Origin: Bacillales bacterium UBA5348
GTDB taxonomy: Bacteria > Bacillota_I > Bacilli_A > RF39 > UBA660
Reading direction: 5' to 3'
Assembly: GCA_002411005.1 (NCBI GenBank)
Contig: DHQC01000013.1
Span: 133,093-197,092, forward strand
Length of the DNA stretch: 64,000 nt
The notes under the pieces were generated by a model, which was not told the DNA's origin, searched no databases, and saw only the letters and a program-made list of their open reading frames with translations. This document shows positions 10,287 through 20,313 of the stretch, one piece after another; within the stretch, counting starts at the first letter, position 1, and the number at the start of each line of letters is the position of its first letter. Both the position numbers and the translations under genes were made by a program.

Positions 10287-10391
10287 CTAATCACCTCGCA
10301 TATAAATATATTATACACCTAATAAGTTTTTTCATGTTGCAACTTTTTAATTAATGATGCATAAAATAGGTATAGATAAGGGTGTTGAGAT

Positions 10392-10712
10392 ATGAAAAAG
10401 AAATTACCAAGCATTTTTGCAAACAAGCTTGATAAAAAAATTGATAATAATGATGAAGTTTTCTACTCTGTATTAGAATATAGGAATCTTTTAGAGCATA
10501 CAGAAGAAGACCATATTGAGGATAAGAATGTTAATGATAAAATTAATGAATTATTCAATTCGGTTAATTATGTTTATAAAATGAAGGTTGCTATAACGTT
10601 AAAGGATAAAAAGGTTATAAACAAGGATATAATAGGTCAAATTGATAATAATCTTATAACAATAGATGATGAATTAATAAATATTGAGGATATTAGTGAT
10701 ATAAAGTATTAA
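10392..10712 (+). CDS. Hypothetical protein
   Basis: 106 aa acidic protein; no motif recognised. Confidence 0.35.
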   Translation: MKKKLPSIFANKLDKKIDNNDEVFYSVLEYRNLLEHTEEDHIEDKNVNDKINELFNSVNYVYKMKVAITLKDKKVINKDIIGQIDNNLITIDDELINIEDISDIKY

Positions 10713-10749
10713 TTATATAATTTCTTTTTCTTTTACTAAATGCAAAATA

Positions 10750-10780
10750 AAAAAGCATATAAATATTTATATGCTTTTTC
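10750..10780. terminator. Bidirectional terminator
   Basis: Perfect palindrome GCATATAAATATTTATATGC flanked by A and T runs. Confidence 0.55.
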
Positions 10781-10808
10781 AGTAGGAAATCTTTACTAAA
10801 ATATTAAT

Positions 10809-11252
10809 TTATATACAATCTACAAATGTATCTTCAAGACATTTTACGATGCATACACATTTTAAATCAATTGTAAAGAATGAATCGGTTGCTATAAACT
10901 CTGGGCATCTATTATGTGAATGTGATTCTAAGTCTGATTTTACTTCTTCAACTAACACTCTACAAGTTGCACAACAATCATCAACTTTTTCTACTCTAAA
11001 TGTACTTGAAAAACAAGTTGATGGTGTTATTGGTCCCTTTGTTGTTGGCATGATTAAAGGGTCGTTTCCATTAAATCCACATGTGAATAATTGAATTGGC
11101 CTAGTATTAAATTCACATTTGTTAGGACGACCTAGAGTTTTTCTGTCACACACATCTTCACAGTCATCATGGCACACAGCATTTTTTTGAAGAATACAAA
11201 TTACTTTTAGTATATCGCTGATACATTTACAATCAGTATTATTGTTACACAT
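10809..11252 (-). CDS. Cysteine-rich spore coat/exosporium protein, CotY/CotZ/ExsY-like
   Basis: 147 aa with about 18 Cys. The block STFRVEKVDDCCATCRVL matches the CotY/CotZ FRVEK..DCCAT signature. GAGAGGTGG RBS. Confidence 0.6.
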   Translation of the reverse strand: MCNNNTDCKCISDILKVICILQKNAVCHDDCEDVCDRKTLGRPNKCEFNTRPIQLFTCGFNGNDPLIMPTTKGPITPSTCFSSTFRVEKVDDCCATCRVLVEEVKSDLESHSHNRCPEFIATDSFFTIDLKCVCIVKCLEDTFVDCI

Positions 11253-11386
11253 ATATATATTCCACCTCTCTATATATTTTCATTTATAACATATTCTCAA
11301 ATAATAAAAGGGTGTGTAACTTAAACCTATATTAATTGTTTTATTTTTTAATTATTTATAGTATAATGAATAATAGGTGATGGAAA

Positions 11387-11703
11387 TGGCGTATATACAA
11401 TATTTAATTATTATTATTGTTTTACTAATAATAGCGCTTGTTATTATTAAAGCTAATGGAAAAGATTTTCATATTGAAGCTAACAAATTAGTTGAGTATT
11501 TGGGTGGCAAAGATAACATTATTAATATAGAAGTTAACATGTCTAGATTTAAAGTAATGCTTAAAGATGTATCAATTGTTAACAAAGATGCCATTCAGAA
11601 ACTAGGGGCTAAAGGAATAGTTGAGATAGATAATCAATTAAAAATCATTCTAGGATCTGATGGACAGAAGTTAAAGAAATACATAGATGATTTAAAGAAA
11701 TAG
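11387..11703 (+). CDS. Membrane-anchored PTS EIIB(Glc)-like domain protein lacking the catalytic Cys
   Basis: N-terminal TM helix followed by LGGKDNIINIEVNMSRFKVMLKDVS...GAKGIVEI...LKIILG. This aligns to the EIIB(Glc) motif N-C-I-T-R-L-R with the phospho-Cys position occupied by N. Confidence 0.5.
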
Positions 11704-11791
11704 TCGTACGATTATTTCTTTTCTTTTTATAATTCTACATATTATTCACAATTTATCAATTTTCTTCATTATTCTTTTAATTTAGTTATGT

Positions 11792-11798
11792 TTCGACA
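11792..11798 (+). promoter_or_regulatory. Candidate Spo0A box (TTCGACA = reverse complement of TGTCGAA) upstream of the histidine kinase
   Basis: Exact 7-mer 46 nt upstream of ATG 11844. The 7-mer is expected about 6 times by chance in this window, so this is weak alone. Confidence 0.25.
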
Positions 11799-11843
11799 AA
11801 GTTCTACATTCGTGTGTTTTATACTAATAACGGAGGGTGATTT

Positions 11844-13082
11844 ATGACACTGATAGAATCTTTTTTTGTAAATTCTATATTTATATTATTTCCTTTATAT
11901 TGTTATTTTTTATTTGTTACGACTGAAAATAATTTAACTAAGAGAGTAAGCGATATTTTATTTGATTTGGCTTTATTCACATCGTTGTATATCATATCTA
12001 AATTTGATATACCTTATGATCAGGTTAAAGTGATGTTTATTACAATACCATTATTAATTGCTTATCTTAAAGATAAAAAAATAACAGCTATAATTCTATC
12101 GCTTTGTATAGCTTTTGAGTATATTGTCTATTTTGATATTGCTTTGCATTTTACTTTAATAGAATTATTAATATATCCATTAGCAGTAATGCTTTTAAAA
12201 ATCAAAGAAAAGAGTGAATTTACGATCATTTCTACGTTTGTAATAATTAAGAGTATATTTAATTTTATTCAGTTAAGTGAATCTTCGATTGATTACGTTA
12301 AAATATTGGAGGGATTTTTTGTTTTTCCTTTTGCTTTCTACTTTACAACTCATATTATTTGTTATTTAATGAAAACAAGCGAGAAGACGATGAATCTTCA
12401 TATGACAATAAAAGAATTAGAACATCAAAAGCAATTAAGGGATTCTTTGTTCAAAATTTCCCACGAAATAAAAAACCCAATTGCGGTTTGCAAAGGCTAT
12501 TTAGATATGTTTGAGATAGGTAATTGTAGTCATGCTGAAAGATATATTCCTATTATTAAACAAGAGCTTGATAGAACGTTAACTCTTTTAAATGATTTTA
12601 TGATGTTAACTAAAGTGAATGTGGAACTAAAAAAGATGGATGTTTCAGTTTTATTGCAAGATACTTGCGATATGTTATATTTTATGTTAAAACAAAATAA
12701 AATTGATTTTATTTGTTCTGTAATTGATGAGGAAGTATATATATTGGGTGATTATGATCGCTTAAAGCAAGTCTTTGTGAATATAATGAAGAATGCTGTT
12801 GAGGCAATACCTAAAGATAGAAAAGGGAAAGTTAAATTCGAGGTGAAAACAACATTGAAGAAACTTGTTATAACCGTAGTTGATAATGGCATCGGAATAA
12901 AAAAGCATGAATTATCTAAAATGGGGGAACCTTTCTATACTACTAAGAAAAATGGAACAGGTTTGGGTGTAAAATTCTCTAAAGAGATAATTAAGGCTCA
13001 TGAGGGTACTATTGAATACAAATCAAAACTTAATATTGGAACGATGGTTATTATAAAATTACCACTAAAAAAATCCTTGTAA
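11844..13082 (+). CDS. Orphan sensor histidine kinase with polytopic N-terminal domain (KinB-like sporulation kinase candidate)
   Basis: About 5-6 N-terminal TM helices. H-box FKISHEIKNPIAV (the SHEIRNP type of Kin-family kinases). HATPase G-boxes DNGIGI and GTGLGV. No cognate response regulator adjacent. Confidence 0.8.
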   Translation: MTLIESFFVNSIFILFPLYCYFLFVTTENNLTKRVSDILFDLALFTSLYIISKFDIPYDQVKVMFITIPLLIAYLKDKKITAIILSLCIAFEYIVYFDIALHFTLIELLIYPLAVMLLKIKEKSEFTIISTFVIIKSIFNFIQLSESSIDYVKILEGFFVFPFAFYFTTHIICYLMKTSEKTMNLHMTIKELEHQKQLRDSLFKISHEIKNPIAVCKGYLDMFEIGNCSHAERYIPIIKQELDRTLTLLNDFMMLTKVNVELKKMDVSVLLQDTCDMLYFMLKQNKIDFICSVIDEEVYILGDYDRLKQVFVNIMKNAVEAIPKDRKGKVKFEVKTTLKKLVITVVDNGIGIKKHELSKMGEPFYTTKKNGTGLGVKFSKEIIKAHEGTIEYKSKLNIGTMVIIKLPLKKSL

Positions 13083-13100
13083 TAAGGATTTTTAATTATA

Positions 13101-13295
13101 TTAATAGTAATAATATGGATATGGGTATGGGTATGGGTAATAAGGTTGGTATTGATTATAGTATGGTCTATATGGTGGCGTTAATACAGCTCCTGTGAGT
13201 GCCCCTAAAGTAAATGGTAAGAAAAAATTGCCTCCACGTCGATAACCAAACCCTGATCTTCTGCCCGGTCTAAAAGGACGTCCTGCTCCAAACAT
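13101..13295 (-). CDS. Small Gly/Arg-rich protein with C-terminal Tyr/Pro repeats (spore-coat-like low-complexity protein)
   Basis: 64 aa from the internal Met with an AAAGGGGAGA RBS. C-terminus ...PYYNQYQPYYPYPYPYPYYYY is encoded by tandem CCATAC/GGGTAT hexamers. Confidence 0.45.
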   Translation of the reverse strand: MFGAGRPFRPGRRSGFGYRRGGNFFLPFTLGALTGAVLTPPYRPYYNQYQPYYPYPYPYPYYYY

Positions 13296-13362
13296 TTGAA
13301 TCTCCCCTTTCATTTTATTGTATGAAAAGAGTGACTAAAAGTGATTATATATCCTTATTCTG

Positions 13363-14235
13363 TTATTTTGTTAAACGATAGAAATTAAACGATGGTTTGT
13401 TAAAAAATCTTAAATTTAAATTAGATGTACCTAAGCCACCTGATATAAATAATTCAGTATCATTTATTCTATGATAAGCATCAGCATATTCTTTTGCTCC
13501 TAGTGGTTTGAAAATAGTTCCTACAAAAGGTAGTCTTATTTGCCCGTTATGTGAATGTCCTGCTAAAACTAAATCAAACTTATATTTTGATACTTTAGTT
13601 AATGTATCTGGCGTATGAAGAAGTAATATTTTATAAGAAGGTATAACTTGGGTATTTACTTCTTCCTTGCTAGTGTCTAAATATTGAGTAACACTTTTTA
13701 TATCTGGTTTTCCTTTTATTTCTGATTCGAGACCTGCTATATAGATAGTTTCATAATCTTTACTATAAATAATGTCATATGCATTATTTAAGTTTATAAA
13801 CCCGCTATCTTTAATAATAATGTCATATTCATCAAATTTTAAATCGTGATTACCACTTACAGCGTATTTCCCCATTGAGGCATTTAATTTATTTAAGATA
13901 TTTGTTACTTCTTTTTGCATAGGAGGTGTTATTTCAATATCCTTATCAATTAAGTCGCCAGTGAAAAAAATCAGATCTGGTTTTAAGGCATTAACCTCAT
14001 TAACAAAAGATGTTAATTCTTTCTTGTTAATTGTTCTACTATAATGTACATCGGTAAAATGTACCACCTTTAATCCTTCAAAACTCTTAGGTATATTTTT
14101 ATTTGAAACTTTATATTCTTTTATTGTTAATCCGCTCGTACTAATATATCTTGACCATAAAATTAAAGAAGCAAAAGCTAATAGAATGGTAAGTAAAACC
14201 CTGTATTTTTTCTTTAAATGTAATTTCTTTTTCAT
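13363..14235 (-). CDS. Calcineurin-like metallophosphoesterase (YkuE-like) with N-terminal TM/signal
   Basis: Motifs HFTDVHYS, GDLID, GNHD, and GHSHNGQ. Confidence 0.8.
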   Translation of the reverse strand: MKKKLHLKKKYRVLLTILLAFASLILWSRYISTSGLTIKEYKVSNKNIPKSFEGLKVVHFTDVHYSRTINKKELTSFVNEVNALKPDLIFFTGDLIDKDIEITPPMQKEVTNILNKLNASMGKYAVSGNHDLKFDEYDIIIKDSGFINLNNAYDIIYSKDYETIYIAGLESEIKGKPDIKSVTQYLDTSKEEVNTQVIPSYKILLLHTPDTLTKVSKYKFDLVLAGHSHNGQIRLPFVGTIFKPLGAKEYADAYHRINDTELFISGGLGTSNLNLRFFNKPSFNFYRLTK

Positions 14236-14243
14236 TTTAAACC

Positions 14244-14915
14244 TCACAATATTAACAGTATTTGAATAACAGTAAAAAAATTATGAAACGCGTGTAAAAT
14301 CATAGGCGTTAGTAGATTTTTCGTTTTAGCATAAGCATAAGCAAAGGCTATACCTAAAGCTGCATAAGGGATTATATATAACCAACTTGCTAATGATGTT
14401 GCAACACCAAGGATGTGGAATGCTCCAAATAACAATCCACTCACAATAACAAATACTTTTTTGTTTTTGAAGACATCAAAGAGTGTTTTACGAAATAATA
14501 TTTCCTCTATTATAGGTGCACAAATGACTGAGGAAATGATAATATATATAGGACTTAATTTAAGACTTTCTCTTATAGCTTGTTCGTTTTCTGGCAAAGC
14601 TAAAGGAGAGAAGGAACTAATTAGCATATTTGAAATAATCATTATGATAAGACCAATAAACCAATATTTAAATCCTATTCTTAAGTGACTTTCTCCATTC
14701 TTTTTAAAATCGTCTATATAATTTTTAAAATCTTTTCTATATATGTATATAAGTGTTATAAAAAAGATAATCTCTGTAGAAACAATATAGGCGTTAAATA
14801 AATTGTTTGGAATGGTACTTGTATTAATATTTAATATTGCAAAGGGAGTATATATCATAATAGTATAAATAAAATAATATAGTATTACGAGTGCTGATTT
14901 AGTAGTTTTCTTCAT
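14244..14915 (-). CDS. CPBP family intramembrane metalloprotease (CAAX protease/Abi)
   Basis: Polytopic. Motifs EEILFR, FGAFH, and HAFHN. GGAGG RBS before the internal ATG 14915. Confidence 0.75.
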   Translation of the reverse strand: MKKTTKSALVILYYFIYTIMIYTPFAILNINTSTIPNNLFNAYIVSTEIIFFITLIYIYRKDFKNYIDDFKKNGESHLRIGFKYWFIGLIIMIISNMLISSFSPLALPENEQAIRESLKLSPIYIIISSVICAPIIEEILFRKTLFDVFKNKKVFVIVSGLLFGAFHILGVATSLASWLYIIPYAALGIAFAYAYAKTKNLLTPMILHAFHNFFTVIQILLIL

Positions 14916-15056
14916 ATGAGCCTCCAATTATAGATATATTATAACAAATTTTCTTTGTTAGTTGTTCAAAATATATAAAAAAATAAAATAATGTGATATA
15001 ATGTATTCGACAGCAAGGGTGAGATTATCTCACTCTTTAAAATTGAGGAGAATATT

Positions 15057-15314
15057 ATGAAGAACGAGAGTGTTATAAAGAATTTAATCGAGAAACCTCT
15101 AGCAGAGATCAATATTAAATTAGATGATGTTTCCTATCTTAAGGAAGACAATATGAGTATTTTGAGAATTACTATTGATAAGAATCCTTATATCGATGTT
15201 GATGATTGTGTAGCAGCTACAAAAATCATTAATTCTATTATTGATAGAGAGAACATTATCGATGATGCTTATGTTTTAGATGTATGTTCAAAAGAAAAAG
15301 GAGGAGATAATTAA
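15057..15314 (+). CDS. rimP: Ribosome maturation factor RimP, N-terminal domain only (short form)
   Basis: 85 aa matching the RimP N-domain (...LDVCSKEKGGDN corresponds to LEVSSPGAERPL). The stop overlaps the nusA ATG (TAATG), so no C-terminal domain is encoded. Confidence 0.6.
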   Translation: MKNESVIKNLIEKPLAEINIKLDDVSYLKEDNMSILRITIDKNPYIDVDDCVAATKIINSIIDRENIIDDAYVLDVCSKEKGGDN

Positions 15315-16501
15315 TGGATGCAGGAGCTTTTATAAAGGCGGTTGACCATATAGCCGCAGAGAAAAGTATTTCACGTGAGGTTATTTTTGAAGCTATGGAA
15401 CTAGCCCTTGCAACAGCATATAAGAAAAATTTTAATGCTCTTACAAATGTCAGAGTTGATTTAAATCGTAAAACTGGTGAAATAAAGGTTTTTTCTATTT
15501 TAACAGTTGTGGAAAAAATAGAAGAAGAAGAAGAAATTAATGATGAAGTTGAAGAACAAGCTTCAGAGGAGATATTGGAAGAAGAAGTAACTACTTTGGA
15601 AGAAGAAGCAGAAACAAAACCTAAAGAAGAATTAAAAAGTATTGTAAAAATATCTTTAGAGGAAGCTAGAAAGAAAGTCCCAAATATCAAAGTTGGTGAA
15701 ACGATTGAAGAAGAAATTACACCTAAGGATTTTGGTAGGGTTGCAGCTTCAACTGCAAAACAAGTTGTTATGCAAAAGATTAGAGAAGCAGAACGTATTA
15801 GTGTAATGGATGAATTTGAAGGTAAACAAGATGAATTGGTTGTTGGTTTAGCTTCGAGAGAGGATGCCTTAAACTATTATATCGATTTGGGACGTATCCA
15901 TGGTATTTTACCTAAGAAGGAAGTAATTCCTGGTGAAACAATTATTATGGGAAACTCGTTAAAGGTTTATATTGTGAAGGTTGAAAATACACCTAAGGGG
16001 CCTAAGGTTCTTTTATCTAGGACCCATTATGGCTTTGTAAAACGTTTACTAGAACTTGAAATACCAGAATTACATGATGGCGAAGTTGTACTTTATAGTA
16101 TAGCTCGTGAAGCTGGTGTTAGAAGCAAAATAGCAGTATATTCTGAAAATAGAAAAATTGATGCTATTGGTTCATGCATTGGTGAGCATGGTGAACGTAT
16201 TGAAAGAATTTTAAAAGAACTAAAAGGTGAAAAAATTGATTTAATTCTATATGATAAGGATCCAGCGACATTTATTAAAAACGCTTTGAGCCCAGCTCGA
16301 AACATTTCAGTATATATAACTGATGAAAAACGTAAGGAAGCTATTGTTGTTGCAGATGGCGAAAATCTTTCTTTAGCAATAGGCAGAAAGGGTCAAAATG
16401 TTCGTTTAGCTACAAAACTTACCCATTATCATTTAAATATTAAAACAACTGAAGAAATGGCTAATGAAGGTATAAATATCAAAACTGAGGGGAATGAGTA
16501 A
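15314..16501 (+). CDS. nusA: Transcription termination/antitermination factor NusA
   Basis: N-terminus ...ISREVIFEAMELALATAYKKNF, S1 and KH domains, and an acidic insertion (EEEEEINDEVEE...). AAGGAGG RBS. Confidence 0.9.
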   Translation: MDAGAFIKAVDHIAAEKSISREVIFEAMELALATAYKKNFNALTNVRVDLNRKTGEIKVFSILTVVEKIEEEEEINDEVEEQASEEILEEEVTTLEEEAETKPKEELKSIVKISLEEARKKVPNIKVGETIEEEITPKDFGRVAASTAKQVVMQKIREAERISVMDEFEGKQDELVVGLASREDALNYYIDLGRIHGILPKKEVIPGETIIMGNSLKVYIVKVENTPKGPKVLLSRTHYGFVKRLLELEIPELHDGEVVLYSIAREAGVRSKIAVYSENRKIDAIGSCIGEHGERIERILKELKGEKIDLILYDKDPATFIKNALSPARNISVYITDEKRKEAIVVADGENLSLAIGRKGQNVRLATKLTHYHLNIKTTEEMANEGINIKTEGNE

Positions 16502-16505
16502 GTAG

Positions 16506-16766
16506 ATGATAAAAAAGATACCACTTAGAACCTGTGTAGTTACAAAAGAAAAATATCCTAAAAATGAATTGCTAAGAGTTGTAAAAGATAATACAGGAAA
16601 TGTATTTATTGATAAAACTGGTAAAGCTAATGGCAGAGGTGCCTATTTAAAAAAAGATATCGATGTAATAAAAAAAGCGAGAATAAGTAAACAATTAGAT
16701 CGGCATTTAGAAATTACCGTTTCAGATGCTTTATATGATGAATTGGAAACGATTGTAAATATGTAA
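16506..16766 (+). CDS. YlxR/RnpM (DUF448) RNA-binding protein
   Basis: Motif PLRTCVVTKEKYPKNELLRVV. Conserved position between nusA and infB. Confidence 0.8.
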   Translation: MIKKIPLRTCVVTKEKYPKNELLRVVKDNTGNVFIDKTGKANGRGAYLKKDIDVIKKARISKQLDRHLEITVSDALYDELETIVNM

Positions 16767-16791
16767 AAATATTATGAAAGAGGTGGAGAGT

Positions 16792-18897
16792 ATGATGAGT
16801 GTTTTAGATTATGCTAATGATATTGGAAAAGATGTCAGTATAGTGCTCAACAAATGTAAAGAATTAAACATTCCCGTAACTAAAGAGGATGATATGTTAG
16901 AAGAGGAACATATTATTGATTTAGATAATGTTTTTGCTAATGGAAATGTAGAAACTGAAATTGAAGAGGATACAATCAATGATGAAGAAATAGAAAAAAT
17001 TATATCTAAAGTAAATATCAAAGTAGATGATACTATTAAGATGCAAAAACTAAAGAAGAAAAGTGACATAACAAGTGAAGATTTTGCCAATAGAAAAAAG
17101 CAAATGTATAAACATAAAGAAAAACTTATTTCTAATAAAGCTGATCAAGACGACAAAATTATTATTTATAAGGAGAACATGTCAGTTAATGATTTAGCTC
17201 TTGCTCTTTCAATAAATGGAGTCGATTTAATAAAAAAATTAATGGCTTCGGGTGTTATGGCAGGTCTTAATGATCCTATTTCATATGATGATGCCTCTAT
17301 TTTAGTAATGGATTATGATAAAGAATTAAAAAGGGAAGAAACGCAAGATGAGATAAATTTTGAAAATCTTGAGATTGTTGATGATGAAAGCGATTTGGTT
17401 GTAAGACCTTCTGTTGTAACTATTATGGGACACGTTGATCATGGTAAAACAACCCTTTTAGATACCATTAGAAAAGCAGATGTTGTTAGTGGTGAAGCAG
17501 GTGGCATTACTCAACATATTGGAGCTTACCAAGTAACTTATAACGATAAGAAAATAACTTTTATTGATACTCCGGGACATGCAGCTTTTACAGAGATGCG
17601 TGCTAGAGGAGCTAGTATAACTGATATAGTTATTATTATAGTAGCTGCTGATGATGGTGTTATGCCTCAAACGAAAGAAGCTATTGATCATGCTAAAGCA
17701 GCAAAAGTTCCAATAATTGTAGCAATTAATAAAATTGACAAGCCAGAAGCTGATCCTGAAAAGGTAATGACTGAAATGGTTGCTAATGGACTTACGCCAG
17801 AAGAATGGGGAGGAGATACTTTATTTGTTAAAGTTTCTGCTTCAACAGGCGAAGGAATTAATGATTTGTTAGAAAATGTCCTTTTAATAGCTGAAATGGA
17901 GGAATTAAAAGCTAATCCAAACCGTTATGCTTTAGGTTCGGTAATTGAGGCTAGACTTGATAAAAGTGTAGGTCCAACTGTTACATTACTTATTCAAAAT
18001 GGGACTTTACGTTTAGGAGATTCTGTTGTTGTAGGTACAACTTATGGTAAAGTAAGAACGTTGAAGAATGATAAACATCAAGAGATTTTAGAAGCTTTAC
18101 CTTCTACACCTGTTTCTATTACGGGAATAAATGAAATTCCTACAGCTGGTGATAAATTTATGGCTTTTGAAACTGAAAAAGAAGCACGCAGTATAGCTGA
18201 AACTAGGAAACAATCCGCTAAAGATAAAGCTAATAAACCAGCTGAAGCATTAACGCTAGAAGATTTATTTTCTAAGATTCAAGAAGGTGTTAAGGAAATT
18301 AATATTGTTTTAAAAGCTGATGTAAAAGGTAGTGAAGAAGCTGTTAGAAATGCTCTAGAAGAAGTAGAGGTTGAGGGTGTTAGGCTAAATATTATAAGAA
18401 GTGGAACTGGGACAATAACTGAAAGTGATGTTATTTTAGCTAATGCGTCAAAAGCTATTGTAATTGGTTTTAATGTTAGACCTAATCATGATACTGTAGA
18501 AACAGCTAAAGAGTATGCGGTTGATATAAGATTATATACTATTATATATAAAGTTATAGAGGATTTGGAAGCAGCAATGAAAGGTATGTTAGACCCAATC
18601 TATGAAGAAAAAGTCTTAGGCCAAGCTGAAATTAGGAAGTTATTTAAATTTTCTAAAACTGGTACTATCGCTGGATGTTATGTAACTGATGGTATTATAA
18701 AAAATAATGCAAAAGCACGTATTATAAGAGAGGGAATTGTCATCTATGAAGGAAGTATTAGTAGTATTCAAAGAGAAAAGAACTCTGTTAAAGAAGTTAA
18801 ATCAGGCTATGAATGTGGACTTACAATTGAAAATTATAACGATTTGAAAGAACAAGATGTTATAGAAGCTTACGAAATTGTGGAAGTGAAAAAATAA
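16792..18897 (+). CDS. infB: Translation initiation factor IF-2
   Basis: G-domain motifs [14 protein letters not shown], and NKID. AGGTGGAG RBS precedes ATG 16792. Confidence 0.95.
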   Translation: MMSVLDYANDIGKDVSIVLNKCKELNIPVTKEDDMLEEEHIIDLDNVFANGNVETEIEEDTINDEEIEKIISKVNIKVDDTIKMQKLKKKSDITSEDFANRKKQMYKHKEKLISNKADQDDKIIIYKENMSVNDLALALSINGVDLIKKLMASGVMAGLNDPISYDDASILVMDYDKELKREETQDEINFENLEIVDDESDLVVRPSVVTIMGHVDHGKTTLLDTIRKADVVSGEAGGITQHIGAYQVTYNDKKITFIDTPGHAAFTEMRARGASITDIVIIIVAADDGVMPQTKEAIDHAKAAKVPIIVAINKIDKPEADPEKVMTEMVANGLTPEEWGGDTLFVKVSASTGEGINDLLENVLLIAEMEELKANPNRYALGSVIEARLDKSVGPTVTLLIQNGTLRLGDSVVVGTTYGKVRTLKNDKHQEILEALPSTPVSITGINEIPTAGDKFMAFETEKEARSIAETRKQSAKDKANKPAEALTLEDLFSKIQEGVKEINIVLKADVKGSEEAVRNALEEVEVEGVRLNIIRSGTGTITESDVILANASKAIVIGFNVRPNHDTVETAKEYAVDIRLYTIIYKVIEDLEAAMKGMLDPIYEEKVLGQAEIRKLFKFSKTGTIAGCYVTDGIIKNNAKARIIREGIVIYEGSISSIQREKNSVKEVKSGYECGLTIENYNDLKEQDVIEAYEIVEVKK

Positions 18898-19244
18898 TGA
18901 ACACGATTAGAGTAAAGCGTATAGCTAGTAGTCTACAAAAAGAAATAAGTGATATCATAGCCAATGAAATACGTGATGAAGATTTAAAACTGGTAACAGT
19001 AACTCATATAAAATTAGCTAATGATTTAGGTTATGCTAAAGTATATGTTACAACCATTTTTGATGATAAAAAAGAAAAAATAATTGAAGATTTAAATAAG
19101 GCTTCAGGCTTTATTAAAGGTGAACTTGGTAGACGTAAATTTGAAATTAGAACAATGCCTAATTTAGAATTTGTTTATGATGAGTCATTAGAATATGCAC
19201 ACAATATTGAGAAAATAATAAAAGACTTACAAGACGAAAAATAG
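18897..19244 (+). CDS. rbfA: Ribosome-binding factor A
   Basis: 115 aa, N-terminus [26 protein letters not shown] overlap with the infB stop. Confidence 0.85.
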   Translation: MNTIRVKRIASSLQKEISDIIANEIRDEDLKLVTVTHIKLANDLGYAKVYVTTIFDDKKEKIIEDLNKASGFIKGELGRRKFEIRTMPNLEFVYDESLEYAHNIEKIIKDLQDEK

Positions 19245-19311
19245 GTGAGGATGAATCTTTACCTATTTTTCTATTATAAATATATATGATATTATAGTAG
19301 TGGTGATATAA

Positions 19312-20184
19312 ATGAACGGAATTATATTAATTGATAAGCCAACAGATATGACTAGTAGAAAAGTTGTAGATAAAATTAGCAATATTCTTAAAACCAAGCG
19401 TATTGGTCATGCTGGTACGTTAGATCCAATAGCAACTGGAGTGTTGGTGTTATGCGTAGGTAATGCAACAAAAGCAGTTGAATTATTAACTAATTTTAAT
19501 AAAGAATATATCGCTTCTGTAACACTTGGTGTTGAAACCGACACTTTGGATATCGAGGGAACTATTTTAAATGAAGTAAATAATGTAGTTGTTACGAAAA
19601 AGCAAGTGTTAGATGTTTTAAATAAATTTATTGGAAAAATTGAGCAAGAGGTGCCAAAATATAGTGCTATTAAGGTTAATGGGAGGAGACTTTATAATTA
19701 TGCTAGAGGAAACAAGCTAGTTGAACTTCCTAAGCGAAATGTTGAAATCTTTGAACTATCCTTGATAAGTGATTTGAAAAAAAGTAATGATAAAATTGAA
19801 TTTGATATTAAATGTCAGGTTTCCAAAGGAACATATATAAGAAGCCTAATTAGAGATATAGGGTTAGAATTAGGGTATCCTGCTTGTATGTCTTCTTTAA
19901 GAAGGGTTAAACAAGGAGGATTCTCAATAGACCAATGTTATTCTATCGAGGATGTTGAGAACGGATCTTATAAAATTCTTAGTATAAGAGAAACCCTAAC
20001 TAACATAGAAGAACTTATAGTGAGTAAAGAATTAGAAGTAAAAATAAGAAACGGAGCCATCATAGACAAGATGTTTGATGCTGATAGGATAAAGATTATT
20101 AACTCTTCAGGTGATTTAATAGCTATCTATAAAACGTATGAACTTGATAATTCTAAAGCAAAACCAGATAAAATGTTTATATAA
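19312..20184 (+). CDS. truB: tRNA pseudouridine(55) synthase TruB
   Basis: Catalytic motif GHAGTLDPIATGVL. Confidence 0.9.
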   Translation: MNGIILIDKPTDMTSRKVVDKISNILKTKRIGHAGTLDPIATGVLVLCVGNATKAVELLTNFNKEYIASVTLGVETDTLDIEGTILNEVNNVVVTKKQVLDVLNKFIGKIEQEVPKYSAIKVNGRRLYNYARGNKLVELPKRNVEIFELSLISDLKKSNDKIEFDIKCQVSKGTYIRSLIRDIGLELGYPACMSSLRRVKQGGFSIDQCYSIEDVENGSYKILSIRETLTNIEELIVSKELEVKIRNGAIIDKMFDADRIKIINSSGDLIAIYKTYELDNSKAKPDKMFI

Positions 20185-20199
20185 ATAGGTAAAAAGAAC

Positions 20200-20228
20200 T
20201 TGATTTATCATAGAATATAGGGTATATT
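20200..20228 (+). promoter_or_regulatory. Sigma-A-type promoter for rpsO
   Basis: TTGATT, a 17-nt spacer, then TATATT. An 85-nt leader follows before the rpsO RBS. Confidence 0.5.
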
Positions 20229-20313
20229 AGTAATGCATACCTATTCTTGGTAATTGAAAACTCCGTCGTTTACTAGGATTCAGGTTTATATTTAATGCAA
20301 GGAGGAAACTAAA

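Noticed and set aside
10849-11094. 81-aa plus-strand ORF overlapping the CotY-like gene.
   Set aside because: Antisense to a gene with a clear family signature and RBS, and has no SD of its own.
11792-15012. Additional TTCGACA/TGTCGAA 0A-box matches, for example at 15006-15012 upstream of rimP.
   Set aside because: This 7-mer is expected about 6 times by chance in 64 kb at this base composition. Only the two occurrences in meaningful contexts (kinase and spo0A promoters) are listed, and even those are low-confidence.
15021-15037. Palindrome GTGAGATtATCTCAC in the rimP upstream region as a regulator-binding site.
   Set aside because: A single short palindrome with no second copy or known consensus; could be chance.
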